From: Desulfomicrobium sp.
GTDB lineage: Bacteria > Desulfobacterota > Desulfovibrionia > Desulfovibrionales > Desulfomicrobiaceae
Length of the DNA: 64,000 nucleotides
Assembly: GCA_040768745.1 (NCBI GenBank)
Contig: JAXGMI010000002.1
Span: 576,001 to 640,000 of the forward strand
Reading direction: 5' to 3'
The translations under genes were made by a program, and so were the position numbers. This document shows positions 51,253-61,837 of this stretch, piece after piece. The notes below the pieces were generated by a model, which worked only from the letters and a program-made list of their open reading frames with translations, had not been told where the DNA came from and searched no databases. Position 1 is the first letter of the stretch, and each line of letters opens with the position of its first letter.

Positions 51253-51528
51253 TCAGGACATCTCCGGCCAGGAAAGTCTCCCTGCGATGAGATCGTCTTT
51301 GCGGGCCCTGGACAGGGACTTGATCCAGCGCTCCAGGGCCAGAGCGGAGGATTTCCGTCCGACATGCAGTGAAAATGCAAGCGCCAGCGGCTTCCTGCCG
51401 CGCAGGTATTTCGCGGCCCTGGGTCCGCCCGATGCGTGCTCGGCCAACCGCCTGTCCACGTCGGTGGTGATGCCGGTGTACAGGCTCCCGTCGCCGCAGC
51501 GCACAAGGTACACGAACCAGTCCGACAC
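51253..51528 (-). CDS. GIY-YIG nuclease (YhbQ/UPF0213-like)
   Basis: WFVYLVRCGDGSLYTGITTD..RR..H..G..AKY.RGR. Confidence 0.88.
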   Translation of the reverse strand: MSDWFVYLVRCGDGSLYTGITTDVDRRLAEHASGGPRAAKYLRGRKPLALAFSLHVGRKSSALALERWIKSLSRARKDDLIAGRLSWPEMS

Positions 51529-51531
51529 GGC

Positions 51532-52185
51532 TCATGCCGACAGGGTCTGCAGCACGGAAAAGAAATGCAGGGTGCTCCCTGCAACGACGAAAAGATGCCA
51601 GATGGCATGACTGTACGGCAGGCGCTTCCAGACATAAAAAATGACGCCCAGGGTGTAGGCCATCCCGCCCAACGCCAACAAGGTCAGGCTCGACGTTGAC
51701 AGGGTTGCCGCCATGTCCCGCATGACCAGGACACACAGCCAGCCCATGCCAAGGTAGATGGTCAGCGACAGGCGTTTGAAACGGTACACGCAACAGCATT
51801 TGAGCACCACCCCGACCACGGCCAGACCCCAGATGACCCCGAATATCGTCCACCCCACTGTTTCGCGCAGGCTGACCAGCATGAATGGCGTGTAGGTCCC
51901 GGCGATGAGCAGAAAAATGGCACTGTGATCCAGGGTTTTCAGGATGCGTTTGGCCCGGGGCAGAGGGATGGCATGATACAGGGTGGACGCCAGGTACAGA
52001 AGGATCAGTGTCGAACCGAAAATGGAAAAACTGACCACGTGCCAGGTGTTGCCCTCGGATACGGCTGCGACGATGAGCACCACCAGGGCGGCAATGGCCA
52101 TCCCCATGGCGACGGCGTGGGTGATGCTGTTGGCGATCTCCTCGCCGGGCGTGTACTGCGGAACGAATTTCTCCACCATGTTCAT
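51532..52185 (-). CDS. Hemolysin III/PAQR family membrane protein
   Basis: EEIANSITH, STLYH, DHSAIFLLIAGTYTP, HAIWHLFV. Confidence 0.92.
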   Translation of the reverse strand: MNMVEKFVPQYTPGEEIANSITHAVAMGMAIAALVVLIVAAVSEGNTWHVVSFSIFGSTLILLYLASTLYHAIPLPRAKRILKTLDHSAIFLLIAGTYTPFMLVSLRETVGWTIFGVIWGLAVVGVVLKCCCVYRFKRLSLTIYLGMGWLCVLVMRDMAATLSTSSLTLLALGGMAYTLGVIFYVWKRLPYSHAIWHLFVVAGSTLHFFSVLQTLSA

Positions 52186-52214
52186 GCCTCTGGCCTCCTC
52201 GATCATGATTCAAT

Positions 52215-52844
52215 TCACGACACGGGATTATCCCCGACCGACTCGCGGTAGGAATTGTCCACCTCCGCCGCAAAGTCGTTGATCCAATGGATCCTGTCTG
52301 CGCGACACTGCAGCTCCGAGGACACGCCATCCCGAAAGACCACCAGCTCGATGCTCTTCCCCTGCTCGGAAAGATGCTCGATGGCGTCGAGCAGGTCTGC
52401 ATCCCCTGAAGACAAAAGCAGGCTGTCGTAATTGCGCTGGTGGACGAGGGACAACGTGGCGATGCCCACGTCCACGCCCTTCTGGATCTCGTTGAAGACC
52501 CTGTGCGTCACGTCCCCGTTCTGGTTCTGGCATTTGAGCTGCACCTTCTGCCCGCACTCCTCGCAGTAGGCCTTGTCCGCCCTCTGCTGCCGCAGGCTGT
52601 AAAACTTGGTGATGATCTTGGGGCCGAAGGGGGGACCGCTGCGCAGCCAGCGATGGAAATTGTCCTGGGCATCGCTGGGCGGGTTTGGCGAGGAATTGAG
52701 ATAGTAGGCCCGCCAGATGGAACCGCTCAGTTCCAGATACTGGCGCAGCTTCAGGTAGCTGAACTCATACCCGCTGCGCACACTGTGGCGCGCGTTGAAA
52801 AGATATCCGGCATCGATCAGCCAGAGCCTGCGTTTCTCAGTCAT
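52215..52844 (-). CDS. NYN (LabA/DUF88) domain protein with Cys-rich insert
   Basis: LIDAGY, QKGVDV, LSSGDADL; CEEC..C insert. Confidence 0.85.
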   Translation of the reverse strand: MTEKRRLWLIDAGYLFNARHSVRSGYEFSYLKLRQYLELSGSIWRAYYLNSSPNPPSDAQDNFHRWLRSGPPFGPKIITKFYSLRQQRADKAYCEECGQKVQLKCQNQNGDVTHRVFNEIQKGVDVGIATLSLVHQRNYDSLLLSSGDADLLDAIEHLSEQGKSIELVVFRDGVSSELQCRADRIHWINDFAAEVDNSYRESVGDNPVS

Positions 52845-52881
52845 GCATCCCCGTGACGATTGGAATTGCAACCGCACACAC

Positions 52882-54105
52882 CTAAGCGGTGAATGTCGGA
52901 CCGAACCTCTCCCCAGTCAGGCACATGCCCCCCCCGGGGGTGACCACGAAGGTGTTCTCCGTCCCGACCATGCCCAGACCGTCGATGCCGATCTTGGGCT
53001 CCAGGGCCAACACCATGTTTTCCTGCAATGGCTGTTCAAACGAGGGGGCGATCACCGGCCATTCATCGATGGCCAGGCCAATACCGTGTCCCAGAAAAGC
53101 GACCTTGTTGCTGCCCAACCCCATGAAACCCTCGCCCATATTGTTCTGCAGCACGATCTTGACGCACGCGCGGTACAATTCCGCCGGAACAGCCCCCGGC
53201 ACCAGACGGCTGGCCAGGAATTCCTGGATCTGCAAGCAGAAATCCTGGGCCCGGTCGGCCTTCTCTGGAATGCAGGTTTCGTCCTGCCAATAGATCTGGG
53301 TCTTGTCCGTATGATAGCCCTCCAGGCAGAATCCGCAGTCGATGGCCAGGGGCTCCCCCTTCTGCCAGACCTTCCCGGCGTAGCCCATGAACGGCAGAAC
53401 CGGATGGGTCCCACGCAGGCCCAGGGGGCCGTTGAACACGCTGGGGTAGTTGGCCGAATCCCCGGCCGAGACATGGCCGAGGAAAATCTCCTCTCCCGCA
53501 TTCTGCATGCGCATCATGCCCTGATGTCCGTACTGATAGAACGCATCCCACACGGCCAGGGCGATTTCCCGCTCGGTCATGCCCGGATGGATGAGTCCCG
53601 GCAGGGTATCGTTCAAAGCCTGGTCGTGACGGGCCCCGGCCAGACGCATCTTGTCCAGTTCCCAAGCGGTTTTGACGGCCCTGGTCCAGTTCAATGCCGC
53701 GTCCCCGGACACAAAGTCTGCACCCGGCAGTTTGGAGCGCAGAAGCTCACCCATGGACCAGGACAGTCCCGTCATTTCCACGGCCACCTGTTCACCCAAT
53801 GGCAAACCGGCCTCCTGGAGAAGGCCAGGCAGCTGCGCATACGATTTGTATTCCAGAATGAGGGAGAGAGGGGAGTCCAGCCGGGAGCGCTGCAGGCCTT
53901 TGCGGCACAGCAGGATCGGTTCCCCTGCCATGGGCACCCACAGGACCCCATTGGCCCATGACCCGCTCAAATAGTAGATGCCCAATCGGGAAAAAACCAG
54001 CAAGCCCGAAGCATTGGGACACAGGGACTGCAAATGCCCCCGCAAACGGCCAACACGATTCTGGACCTCCGCCAGAGGCATCTGCTCCAGGGAAAGGAAA
54101 TTCAC
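52882..54105 (-). CDS. M24 (Xaa-Pro) peptidase family protein
   Basis: IDCGF..GYHTDKT, GHGIG, LEPK, GTEN. Confidence 0.88.
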   Translation of the reverse strand: MNFLSLEQMPLAEVQNRVGRLRGHLQSLCPNASGLLVFSRLGIYYLSGSWANGVLWVPMAGEPILLCRKGLQRSRLDSPLSLILEYKSYAQLPGLLQEAGLPLGEQVAVEMTGLSWSMGELLRSKLPGADFVSGDAALNWTRAVKTAWELDKMRLAGARHDQALNDTLPGLIHPGMTEREIALAVWDAFYQYGHQGMMRMQNAGEEIFLGHVSAGDSANYPSVFNGPLGLRGTHPVLPFMGYAGKVWQKGEPLAIDCGFCLEGYHTDKTQIYWQDETCIPEKADRAQDFCLQIQEFLASRLVPGAVPAELYRACVKIVLQNNMGEGFMGLGSNKVAFLGHGIGLAIDEWPVIAPSFEQPLQENMVLALEPKIGIDGLGMVGTENTFVVTPGGGMCLTGERFGPTFTA

Positions 54106-55136
54106 TGCTCCACCTCGCACAGGGTATAGTCCATGGTTCTACGTCTGGGAGTGAAACCGGCCCGTTCCACCAGACTGCGCAGTTCCCGCTCAGGGAGTCG
54201 GAAATGGACGCCTGTGGCCGCGACCACATTCTCCTCCAGCATGGTCGAACCAAAATCATTGGCCCCCCAGAACAAGGCCAACTGGCCGACCTTGGGCCCC
54301 TGAGTGACCCAGGAGGCCTGGATGTTGTCGATGTTGTCGAGATAAAGGCGACAGAGGGCCAGGAATTTCAGATATTCGTGGGAAGAGGTTTCTGGCATCT
54401 CCATGCGCGTATTGCGGGGCTGGAAGGTCCAGGGGATGAAGGCCGTGAATCCTCCGGTGCGATCCTGCAGGTCGCGCAGGCTGTCCAGATGTGCGATGCG
54501 CTGTTCAAACGTCTCCCCCTGGCCGAACATCATGGTCGCCGTTGTCCGCATACCCAGGGAGTGGGCCGTCTCCATGACCGAAAGCCACTGCCCGGACGTG
54601 CATTTGCGCGGCGAAACGCGACGGCGCACTTCGTCCACCAGGATCTCAGCCCCGCCTCCTGGCACGGAGTCGAGCCCGGCCTCCCGCAAATCTGTTAAAA
54701 TGTCCGCCACGGACCGATGTTCGCGCTGGCTCAAAAACCAGATTTCAGAAGGGGAAAATCCGTGCACGGCCACCTGCGGGAAATGACTCTTCAGGGTGGA
54801 CAGCAAGTCCGTGTAGTAGCCCAGGGGCAGGTCGGGGTTCATGCCGCCCTGGAGCAGGATCTGGTATCCCCCCACGTCCACGGTCTCCTGGACCTTGGCC
54901 AGGATCTCCCGGGTGGGCAGGACATAGCCGCCCTCTTCGCCCGGGCTTTTGAAAAACGCGCAGAACGTGCAGCCCGACACGCAAACATTGGTGTAATTGA
55001 TGTTTCGATCCACAATGTATGTCACGATCCCCTGGGGGTGCATGGCCAGACGGCGCTCATGGGCCAACGCGCCCAGGGAGAAGACAGTATGCATGTCCCA
55101 AACATAGCGGGCCTCATTCGCGTGCAGTCGTTTCAT
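54102..55136 (-). CDS. mqnC: Cyclic dehypoxanthine futalosine synthase (radical SAM)
   Basis: VDRNINYTNVCVSGCTFCAF, PGGGAEIL, FIPWTFQP, GANDFGSTMLEENVV. Confidence 0.9.
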   Translation of the reverse strand: MKRLHANEARYVWDMHTVFSLGALAHERRLAMHPQGIVTYIVDRNINYTNVCVSGCTFCAFFKSPGEEGGYVLPTREILAKVQETVDVGGYQILLQGGMNPDLPLGYYTDLLSTLKSHFPQVAVHGFSPSEIWFLSQREHRSVADILTDLREAGLDSVPGGGAEILVDEVRRRVSPRKCTSGQWLSVMETAHSLGMRTTATMMFGQGETFEQRIAHLDSLRDLQDRTGGFTAFIPWTFQPRNTRMEMPETSSHEYLKFLALCRLYLDNIDNIQASWVTQGPKVGQLALFWGANDFGSTMLEENVVAATGVHFRLPERELRSLVERAGFTPRRRTMDYTLCEVEQ

Positions 55137-55251
55137 GGCTCTTCCTTCATGTACAGCGGGATGGGCAAGTGCTAGCTTCTGGCCGGGCAGATGGTCAAGG
55201 CCCTTGCCAAACCTTGACCCTTGTGGTTCAAGACGGCCACACGAGGGAAAT

Positions 55252-55710
55252 ATGAGCATAACCGTATTCGACTGCCAGATGTGCGGACATTGCTGCCACG
55301 GCCAGGGCGGCATCGTGGTTTCTGCGCCCGAACGCCAACGCCTGGCAGAATATCTGGGCCTTTCTGAAGAGGATTTCTGCGCCACCTACACCCAGACCCA
55401 GGACAAGAAGCTGGTGCTGCGCAGCCGCGGGGACGGGTTCTGCATCTTTTTTGACGCTGTCACGGCCTGCACCGTCCATCCCGCCAAACCCGACGTCTGC
55501 CGGGCCTGGCCTTTCTTCAGAGGCAATCTGGTCGACGCGGTGAGCTGGGAAATGGCCCAGGACTATTGCCCGGGCATCCGTCCCGACACGGGTCACGCTG
55601 AATTCGCCCGCCAGGGTAGAGCCTACCTCATCGAAAACAAACTGACCAAAAACGGCCGCGAGGACGAGGCCAACGCCCTGCACCTTCCCGGACTGACGGA
55701 CAAGGACTGA
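55252..55710 (+). CDS. YkgJ family Cys-cluster (CxxCxxCC) protein
   Basis: FDCQMCGHCC, CIFF..CTVHPAKP.VCRAWPF. Confidence 0.88.
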   Translation: MSITVFDCQMCGHCCHGQGGIVVSAPERQRLAEYLGLSEEDFCATYTQTQDKKLVLRSRGDGFCIFFDAVTACTVHPAKPDVCRAWPFFRGNLVDAVSWEMAQDYCPGIRPDTGHAEFARQGRAYLIENKLTKNGREDEANALHLPGLTDKD

Positions 55711-56444
55711 TGCGCCTCTCCGAATGCCGAGCCCTGCTGGAAGTTCCGCCTGACGCCGACCTTGACGAGATCAAGGCCAGCTACCGCAAGCTGGCCTTCA
55801 AATACCACCCCGACCTGCACCCCGGAGACACCCAGGCGGCCCAGCGTTTCAGCCGTCTGAACCAGGCCTACGTCATCCTGAAAAAGAACCTGGATGACAC
55901 CACCGACCCTTCCGGGAAAAAGGTGTATGACGCGGAAACCATCCGCCAGGAGGAGGAGGACAAGGTCAAGGGGGGGAAACCCCGGCGGCCGAGCGCCTTT
56001 TACGCCAGACAGGAGGAAGTGCTCAAAGACATCCTCAACGACCCGTTCGCCAAGCAGGTGTTCGAGGACATCTTCAGCAAGCTCAAGCGCGGGGTCGATC
56101 CCAACGAACCCCGGTCAGGAGAAGGCCAGGGCAAAACCCCCGGTCTCCAATGGGAGCGCCATCCGTTGAGCCTTGATCGGGGACGGAGTTTGGTCAAGGC
56201 CCTCAAAGATTGGGCCATTCGCCAGCTCGACGACCACCAGACTGTGCACATGCCGGCCCGCAATCTGATCCCCGGCACCACCCTGCTTGTGCAGATCAAG
56301 CACCGTTTTGACCCCGATCCCAGAAGCATCGAAGTCACGCTGCCGCCCGATTTTGTCGTTGGCCGCCCCATCCGCCTGACCGGTCAGGGTCGCCGGATCG
56401 GCCAGTGGCGCGGGGATCTCTACCTCCGCCTTCTCGCCAGGTAG
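55710..56444 (+). CDS. DnaJ-domain protein
   Basis: J-domain YRKLAFKYHPD; C-terminal RLTGQG..GDLY. Confidence 0.88.
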   Translation: MRLSECRALLEVPPDADLDEIKASYRKLAFKYHPDLHPGDTQAAQRFSRLNQAYVILKKNLDDTTDPSGKKVYDAETIRQEEEDKVKGGKPRRPSAFYARQEEVLKDILNDPFAKQVFEDIFSKLKRGVDPNEPRSGEGQGKTPGLQWERHPLSLDRGRSLVKALKDWAIRQLDDHQTVHMPARNLIPGTTLLVQIKHRFDPDPRSIEVTLPPDFVVGRPIRLTGQGRRIGQWRGDLYLRLLAR

Positions 56445-56564
56445 CCGGCCAGGCGGCATCGGCTGAATACGTCGGGTGTCCGCTGCAGCCCTCCTTGAGC
56501 ACACTTGTGCGCCTTGTGGCCGGTCCTGATCTCACGCAAAAGGGATGGGCGGACATCAGTCGGA

Positions 56565-58103
56565 CTAGCCCATGGGCTCCTCAAGCAAACTCTTGCCTGT
56601 CATCTCCGCCGGCTGAGGCAATCCCAGGATGTCCAGGATGGTCGGGGCCACATCCGCCAGTCGGCCATCCCGGACATGCACGTTTCTGGACCCTACATAG
56701 ACAAAGGGCACTGGGTTGAGGCTGTGCGCGGTTTTGGCATTGCCCGATTCGTCGAGCATGTCTTCGGCATTGCCGTGGTCTGCAGTAACCAGCAGGGTTC
56801 CCCCGAGGCGGGCCAACGCATCCACGACCAGCCCCAGGCATTCGTCCACCGCCTCGCAGGCCTTCACTGCCGCAGCAATGATCCCAGTGTGTCCGACCAT
56901 GTCCAGGTTGGCGAAATTGCACACCACAAAATCATACTGCCCGGATTCAAGGGCATCCAGCAGGGTCCCGGTGACCTGCCGCACGCTCATCTCCGGCTTC
57001 AAATCATAGGTGGGCACCTCCTTGGGAGAAGGTACGAGTTTTCGCTCCTCGCCTGGAAAGGGCGTCTCCACGCCGCCATTGAAAAAATAGGTCACATGGG
57101 CGTATTTTTCCGTTTCTGCCGTGCGCAGCTGGCGCAGGCCGTTTTCCGAAACGACCTGTCCCAGGATGCGGTCCATGCTTTCTGGCGGGAAAAGGACCGG
57201 AAAATCAAAATTTTTGTCATAGCGGGTCATGGTCACGAAGCTGCTGAAGCGGACCCTTTTTCCGCGTGCGAAACCCGTAAACGCATCCTCGGTCAGGGCC
57301 CGGGTCAACTCTCGGGCACGGTCTGCCCGGAAGTTGTAAAAGAGCACCGCGTCACCGTCATTGATCAGGCCGGAAGGTGCGCCATCCCGCACTACCACCC
57401 GGGGCAGCACGAATTCGTCATTCTCCCCGCTGGCATAGGCGTCCTGAACCGCCTGTGTCGCGCTTTCAACCAGCAGGCCCTGACCCACGGTCAAGGCGTT
57501 GTAGGCCCGTTCAACCCGCTCCCAGCGCTGATCCCGATCCATGGCATAGTAGCGGCCAGTGACCGTGGCTATGCGCCCCACCCCCATGCGGGCCAGGGAG
57601 GCTTCGAGTTCCTCGACATACCCCCATCCGCTCCGGGGCGGGGTGTCCCGTCCGTCAAGAAACGCATGCACGCAGATGTCCGAGATCCCCTGGTTGGCCA
57701 GGGCCTGCACCAACGCCTCCAGATGGTTTAGCATGCTGTGCACGCCGCCATCGGAAACCAGCCCCAGGAAATGAACCCGGCCCGTGGCGGCCTTGGCCTT
57801 TGCAGCCAGGTCGAGGAGCGCAGGATTTGTGGCCAGGCTATGGTCTTCGATGGCCATGTTGATGCGCACGATGTCCTGGTACACGATGCGCCCGGCGCCG
57901 AGATTGAGATGACCCACCTCGGAATTGCCCATGAGCCCGGCGGGAAGGCCGACATCCAGCCCCATGCACTTGAGCTCCCCATGGGGATGCTGGGCAAACA
58001 GGCGGTCCATATGCGGGGTGGCGGCCAGGCTGACGGCGTTGCCCGGTCCTGACGCAGCCTTGCCCCAGCCGTCCAGAATAAGGAGTACGCAAGGTCTGGT
58101 CAT
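56565..58103 (-). CDS. gpmI: 2,3-BPG-independent phosphoglycerate mutase
   Basis: ILDGWG, MGNSEVGH, GRYYAMDRD, AETEKYAHVT, TADHGNAE. Confidence 0.97.
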   Translation of the reverse strand: MTRPCVLLILDGWGKAASGPGNAVSLAATPHMDRLFAQHPHGELKCMGLDVGLPAGLMGNSEVGHLNLGAGRIVYQDIVRINMAIEDHSLATNPALLDLAAKAKAATGRVHFLGLVSDGGVHSMLNHLEALVQALANQGISDICVHAFLDGRDTPPRSGWGYVEELEASLARMGVGRIATVTGRYYAMDRDQRWERVERAYNALTVGQGLLVESATQAVQDAYASGENDEFVLPRVVVRDGAPSGLINDGDAVLFYNFRADRARELTRALTEDAFTGFARGKRVRFSSFVTMTRYDKNFDFPVLFPPESMDRILGQVVSENGLRQLRTAETEKYAHVTYFFNGGVETPFPGEERKLVPSPKEVPTYDLKPEMSVRQVTGTLLDALESGQYDFVVCNFANLDMVGHTGIIAAAVKACEAVDECLGLVVDALARLGGTLLVTADHGNAEDMLDESGNAKTAHSLNPVPFVYVGSRNVHVRDGRLADVAPTILDILGLPQPAEMTGKSLLEEPMG

Positions 58104-58459
58104 GGCTGTGGCTCCGTCTCGTTTTCAGTCAGGGCAAAGGCTGGCGCCTTGGCATAGAGTCCCTCCACGTTATACAGGGAACGCACCTCTTCCTGAAAAA
58201 TGTGGACGATGACGTCGTTGCAGTCGACCAGCACCCATTGACCGTTGCGGAGGCCTTCGACGCCAAGAAGCTTCCAGTTCTTCTCCCCAAGTCGCTGCAT
58301 GAGTTCATCCGCCAGGGCCTGGGCATGCCGGGCCGACCTGGCCGTGACAAAAATCATGGCTTCTGTCAGCGGGGAGAGCCCCCGCACGTCCAGAGCCTGG
58401 ATGGCTGTTCCTTTTTTCTCCGCAAGCCAGGTCACATACTGACTGATTTTATCTTTCAT
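58100..58459 (-). CDS. rsfS: Ribosome silencing factor
   Basis: EKKG..I..LDV, EG...WVLVD..DVIVHIF..R..Y.VE.L. Confidence 0.92.
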   Translation of the reverse strand: MKDKISQYVTWLAEKKGTAIQALDVRGLSPLTEAMIFVTARSARHAQALADELMQRLGEKNWKLLGVEGLRNGQWVLVDCNDVIVHIFQEEVRSLYNVEGLYAKAPAFALTENETEPQP

Positions 58460-58731
58460 AGATTTCCGCTTTTCGCTCCGTGAGGGGTGTCAAAGATGAA
58501 CGCCGCTGGTCTATGTCAATTCCTCCTCTAGGGCAATGAGGCAAACCTTGACGAATGGCGCCGGGCAAGGCATTGCATCCAGCATGCATGCGAGTGCCTT
58601 TTCCCCCATTTTTCCCATAGTTACCGGCCCCTCACGGGGATGGGCCACGGCGTAGCGCGCAGGAGTGAACAATTCTCCATGCCGTGGACAGCCCCATGTT
58701 CGCGGCTTTTCTTTTTCAACGGAGGTTAACC

Positions 58732-60033
58732 ATGCTTTTCGATGTGTCGAACGAAACCATGCCCAGGGAAGAGCTGGATGCCCTGCAGTTGCGTCGACTC
58801 AAATCCATGGTCGATAGGGTGTACTACAACGTGCCCTTCTACCAGAAACGATTCGATGAAATGGGCATAAAGCCGGAACAGGTCCGCTCCCTGAACGATC
58901 TCAAGTACCTGCCCTTTACCGAGAAGCAGGACCTGCGCAACAACTACCCCTTCGGCCTCTTTGCCGTGCCCCGGGACAATGTGGTCCGTGTCCACGCTTC
59001 CTCCGGAACCACGGGCAAGGCCACGGTGGTCGGCTACACGCAGCGCGACGTGAACACCTGGGCCGAGCTGATGGCCAGGTCCCTCATGGCCGCAGGGGCC
59101 ACCCGCCGCGACATCGTCCACAACGCCTACGGCTATGGCCTCTTCACCGGAGGTTTGGGCATGCATTACGGCGTGGAGCGACTGGGCGCGACCATCCTGC
59201 CCATCTCCGGCGGCAGCACGCGGCGCCAGGTCATGCTCATGCGCGACTTCGGCTCCACCATCCTCTGCAGCACGCCCTCCTACGCCCTGTTCCTCTACGA
59301 ATCCATTCTGGAGGCAGGGATCAGCATCGCCGACATGAAGCTGCATACAGGCATCTTCGGGGCTGAGCCCTGGAGCGAGAAGATGCGCGCCGAAATCGAG
59401 GACAAACTGCAGATCAGGGCCCTGGATATCTATGGTCTGTCAGAAATCATGGGGCCAGGCGTGGGCATGGAATGCTCTGACGCCCAGGACGGCCTGCATA
59501 TCTGGGAGGACCATTTCCTCATCGAAATCATCGATCCCGATTCAGGGGAACAACTCCCCATGGGCGAAACCGGAGAACTGGTCATCACCACCATCACCAA
59601 GGAAGCCCAGCCCCTGATCCGCTACCGCACCAGGGATATCACCCGCATCAACCCCATTCCCTGCCGTTGCGGCCGCACCCACCGCCGCATCTCCCGCATC
59701 CAGGGCCGCAGCGACGACATGCTCATCATCCGCGGCGTGAACGTCTTCCCGCAGCAGATCGAAGCCATCCTGCTGGAAACTCAGGGCATCGCCCCGCACT
59801 ACCAGCTCATTCTGAACCGGGAGGGCAGCCTGGACACCCTGGAAGTCAAGGTCGAGGTGGACGAAAAGCTCTTCTCCGACGAAATCAAGCATTTACAGCG
59901 GATAGAGGGCAAGATACAAAAGAACATCAAGGAATTCCTGGGCGTCACCGCCAAGGTGACCCTCTCCGAACCCAGGAGCATCGAGCGCTCCGAAGGCAAG
60001 GCCAAGCGCATCATTGACCTGCGCAACTCCTAA
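58732..60033 (+). CDS. paaK: Phenylacetate--CoA ligase family protein
   Basis: [50 protein letters not shown]. Confidence 0.92.
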   Translation: MLFDVSNETMPREELDALQLRRLKSMVDRVYYNVPFYQKRFDEMGIKPEQVRSLNDLKYLPFTEKQDLRNNYPFGLFAVPRDNVVRVHASSGTTGKATVVGYTQRDVNTWAELMARSLMAAGATRRDIVHNAYGYGLFTGGLGMHYGVERLGATILPISGGSTRRQVMLMRDFGSTILCSTPSYALFLYESILEAGISIADMKLHTGIFGAEPWSEKMRAEIEDKLQIRALDIYGLSEIMGPGVGMECSDAQDGLHIWEDHFLIEIIDPDSGEQLPMGETGELVITTITKEAQPLIRYRTRDITRINPIPCRCGRTHRRISRIQGRSDDMLIIRGVNVFPQQIEAILLETQGIAPHYQLILNREGSLDTLEVKVEVDEKLFSDEIKHLQRIEGKIQKNIKEFLGVTAKVTLSEPRSIERSEGKAKRIIDLRNS

Positions 60034-60087
60034 ACACCGGACAGGCGCGTCAGACTCCGCGCCCCCAACCCTTGAACGGGAGGAATC

Positions 60088-60519
60088 ATGAAAGTCGAGC
60101 AGATTTCCGTTTTTCTGGAGAACAGGGCCGGCCGCCTGGCCGAAGTGACCAAGACCCTGGCCGAGAACAGTATCAATATCCGCGCCCTGTCCCTGGCCGA
60201 CACATCGGACTTCGGCATCCTCCGCCTCATCGTCACGGACAACGAAAAGGCCAAGGAGGCCCTCAAGGCCAAGGGGTTCACGGTGGGCCGGACCAATGTC
60301 GTGGCCGCCGAGGTCAGCGACCAGCCGGGAGGGCTGCATGCCATCCTGGAAATGCTCAACGCCGGCAGAGTGAATGTCGAGTACATGTACGCCTTTGTGA
60401 CCCAGAGCGGCCGCAACGCCATACTCATCTTCCGTTTCGACCGCACGGACCAGGCCATAGAGGTCCTGCACAAAAACAATGTCCGCATCCTCTCCGGAGA
60501 GGAACTCTATTCCCTGTAG
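60088..60519 (+). CDS. Tandem ACT-domain protein
   Basis: [39 protein letters not shown]. Confidence 0.92.
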   Translation: MKVEQISVFLENRAGRLAEVTKTLAENSINIRALSLADTSDFGILRLIVTDNEKAKEALKAKGFTVGRTNVVAAEVSDQPGGLHAILEMLNAGRVNVEYMYAFVTQSGRNAILIFRFDRTDQAIEVLHKNNVRILSGEELYSL

Positions 60520-60679
60520 GCGTCCCCGGGCCGGTCCGCCGGCCCTTTTCTTCCCCGCCTTGCTCTGCTCCCTGCGTCCATCCTGCCCCGTGGCCTTCCT
60601 GGAAAGTCCGCAACGCCCCCTGCAGGTCCAGGGATCGTTGATCCCCGCGCTTTCGTGCATCGGGCAGGACATCCATCCG

Positions 60680-60979
60680 TCAGAGCATTTCCTCCATCTG
60701 GGCAAAGAAATCCCCGCGCTCAAAGGTCGGCCCGTATGCCGCCTCCAGACGGTCCAAGCTCCCGAGAAACGCCTCCCATCCTTCGATCTCCTCGATTTTC
60801 CTTTTGTCGCTGAAGATTTTGAAACGCGTCCCCCGTGGACATTTGGTCATGTTGATCTCGAAGCTGTGCCCCGGAGTGTAGACCGTCCAGTAGGCCGACC
60901 AACTGGTGCGGTCCCCTTCGGTCTTCTTGAATTTTTCAAAGTATGCTTCGAACACCTCGACGATTTTTTGTGCATCCAT
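60680..60979 (-). CDS. Hypothetical protein
   Basis: RBS GGAGG before ATG 60979; 99-aa ORF. Confidence 0.65.
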   Translation of the reverse strand: MDAQKIVEVFEAYFEKFKKTEGDRTSWSAYWTVYTPGHSFEINMTKCPRGTRFKIFSDKRKIEEIEGWEAFLGSLDRLEAAYGPTFERGDFFAQMEEML

Positions 60980-61100
60980 GTTTTCCTCCATCTGAAAAAG
61001 GGGCAATGTTTGCATAAGGATCCATCCCTTGTCTGGCCAGACGCCTACTCCCAAGCGCATTTCCTGCTTTCCCAAATTGGCCTTTGACCCAGGTGGCGAT

Positions 61101-61117
61101 AATTGGTAGGACCAATT
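61101..61117. promoter_or_regulatory. FadR-family (LldR/PdhR-type) operator
   Basis: AATTGGTAGGACCAATT palindrome immediately before the regulator RBS. Confidence 0.85.
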
Positions 61118-61132
61118 TTACGAGGAACTCCA

Positions 61133-61837
61133 GTGATCGCCCCACTCCGACAAAAACGCCTGTACGAGGAAATCACGGCGCAGCTGCGAAAGCTGGTGCA
61201 CAACGGCGCGTTTTGTCCCGGCGACCGTCTGCCTCCTGAACGGCAGTTGGCCCACATGTTCAAGGTCTCCCGCAATTCCGTGCGCGAGGCCATCAAAAGC
61301 CTTGAGCAGCAAGGGGTATTGGTCAGCAAACCAGGAGCCGGAACGTTCATCGCACCCACCAGTCAGGCAGATCTCACCACTGCCCTGGGGGAAGCATTCG
61401 CCCGTGAACGGCATCGACTGGCTGATATTTTCGAGCTTCGCCTCCTGCTTGAACCGCAGATCGCCTCCCTTGCGGCCCAGCGGGTCACAGACCAGGACCT
61501 CGCCCTGCTCGGGAACCTCATGGACGCCTATGCCGAGGCCCTGGCTCAAGGCCAGCCCGTTCGCAGGCTGGACCAGGAATTTCACGACGCCATTGCAGCG
61601 GCAACCAAAAATCAATCCATCACCTTGCTCATGGAACGGATGCAGGGCCTTTTGGAGGAAAGCCGGGACGAGGCCCTGCAATCGCCTGACAGGAACCGGG
61701 AGTCTTTGGAAGGGCATCGGCGCATTCTGGACGCCCTGTGCCGCACGGACCCTGACGATGCGAGGACCGCTATGGCTACCCATCTCATCCACACTCGCGG
61801 TCGTGTCTTCAACTCAAACCTGGAGATTGAACAATGA
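61133..61837 (+). CDS. FadR/GntR family regulator (LldR-like)
   Basis: PGDRLPPERQLA..F.VSR.SVREA, FCD domain. Confidence 0.9.
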   Translation: MIAPLRQKRLYEEITAQLRKLVHNGAFCPGDRLPPERQLAHMFKVSRNSVREAIKSLEQQGVLVSKPGAGTFIAPTSQADLTTALGEAFARERHRLADIFELRLLLEPQIASLAAQRVTDQDLALLGNLMDAYAEALAQGQPVRRLDQEFHDAIAAATKNQSITLLMERMQGLLEESRDEALQSPDRNRESLEGHRRILDALCRTDPDDARTAMATHLIHTRGRVFNSNLEIEQ

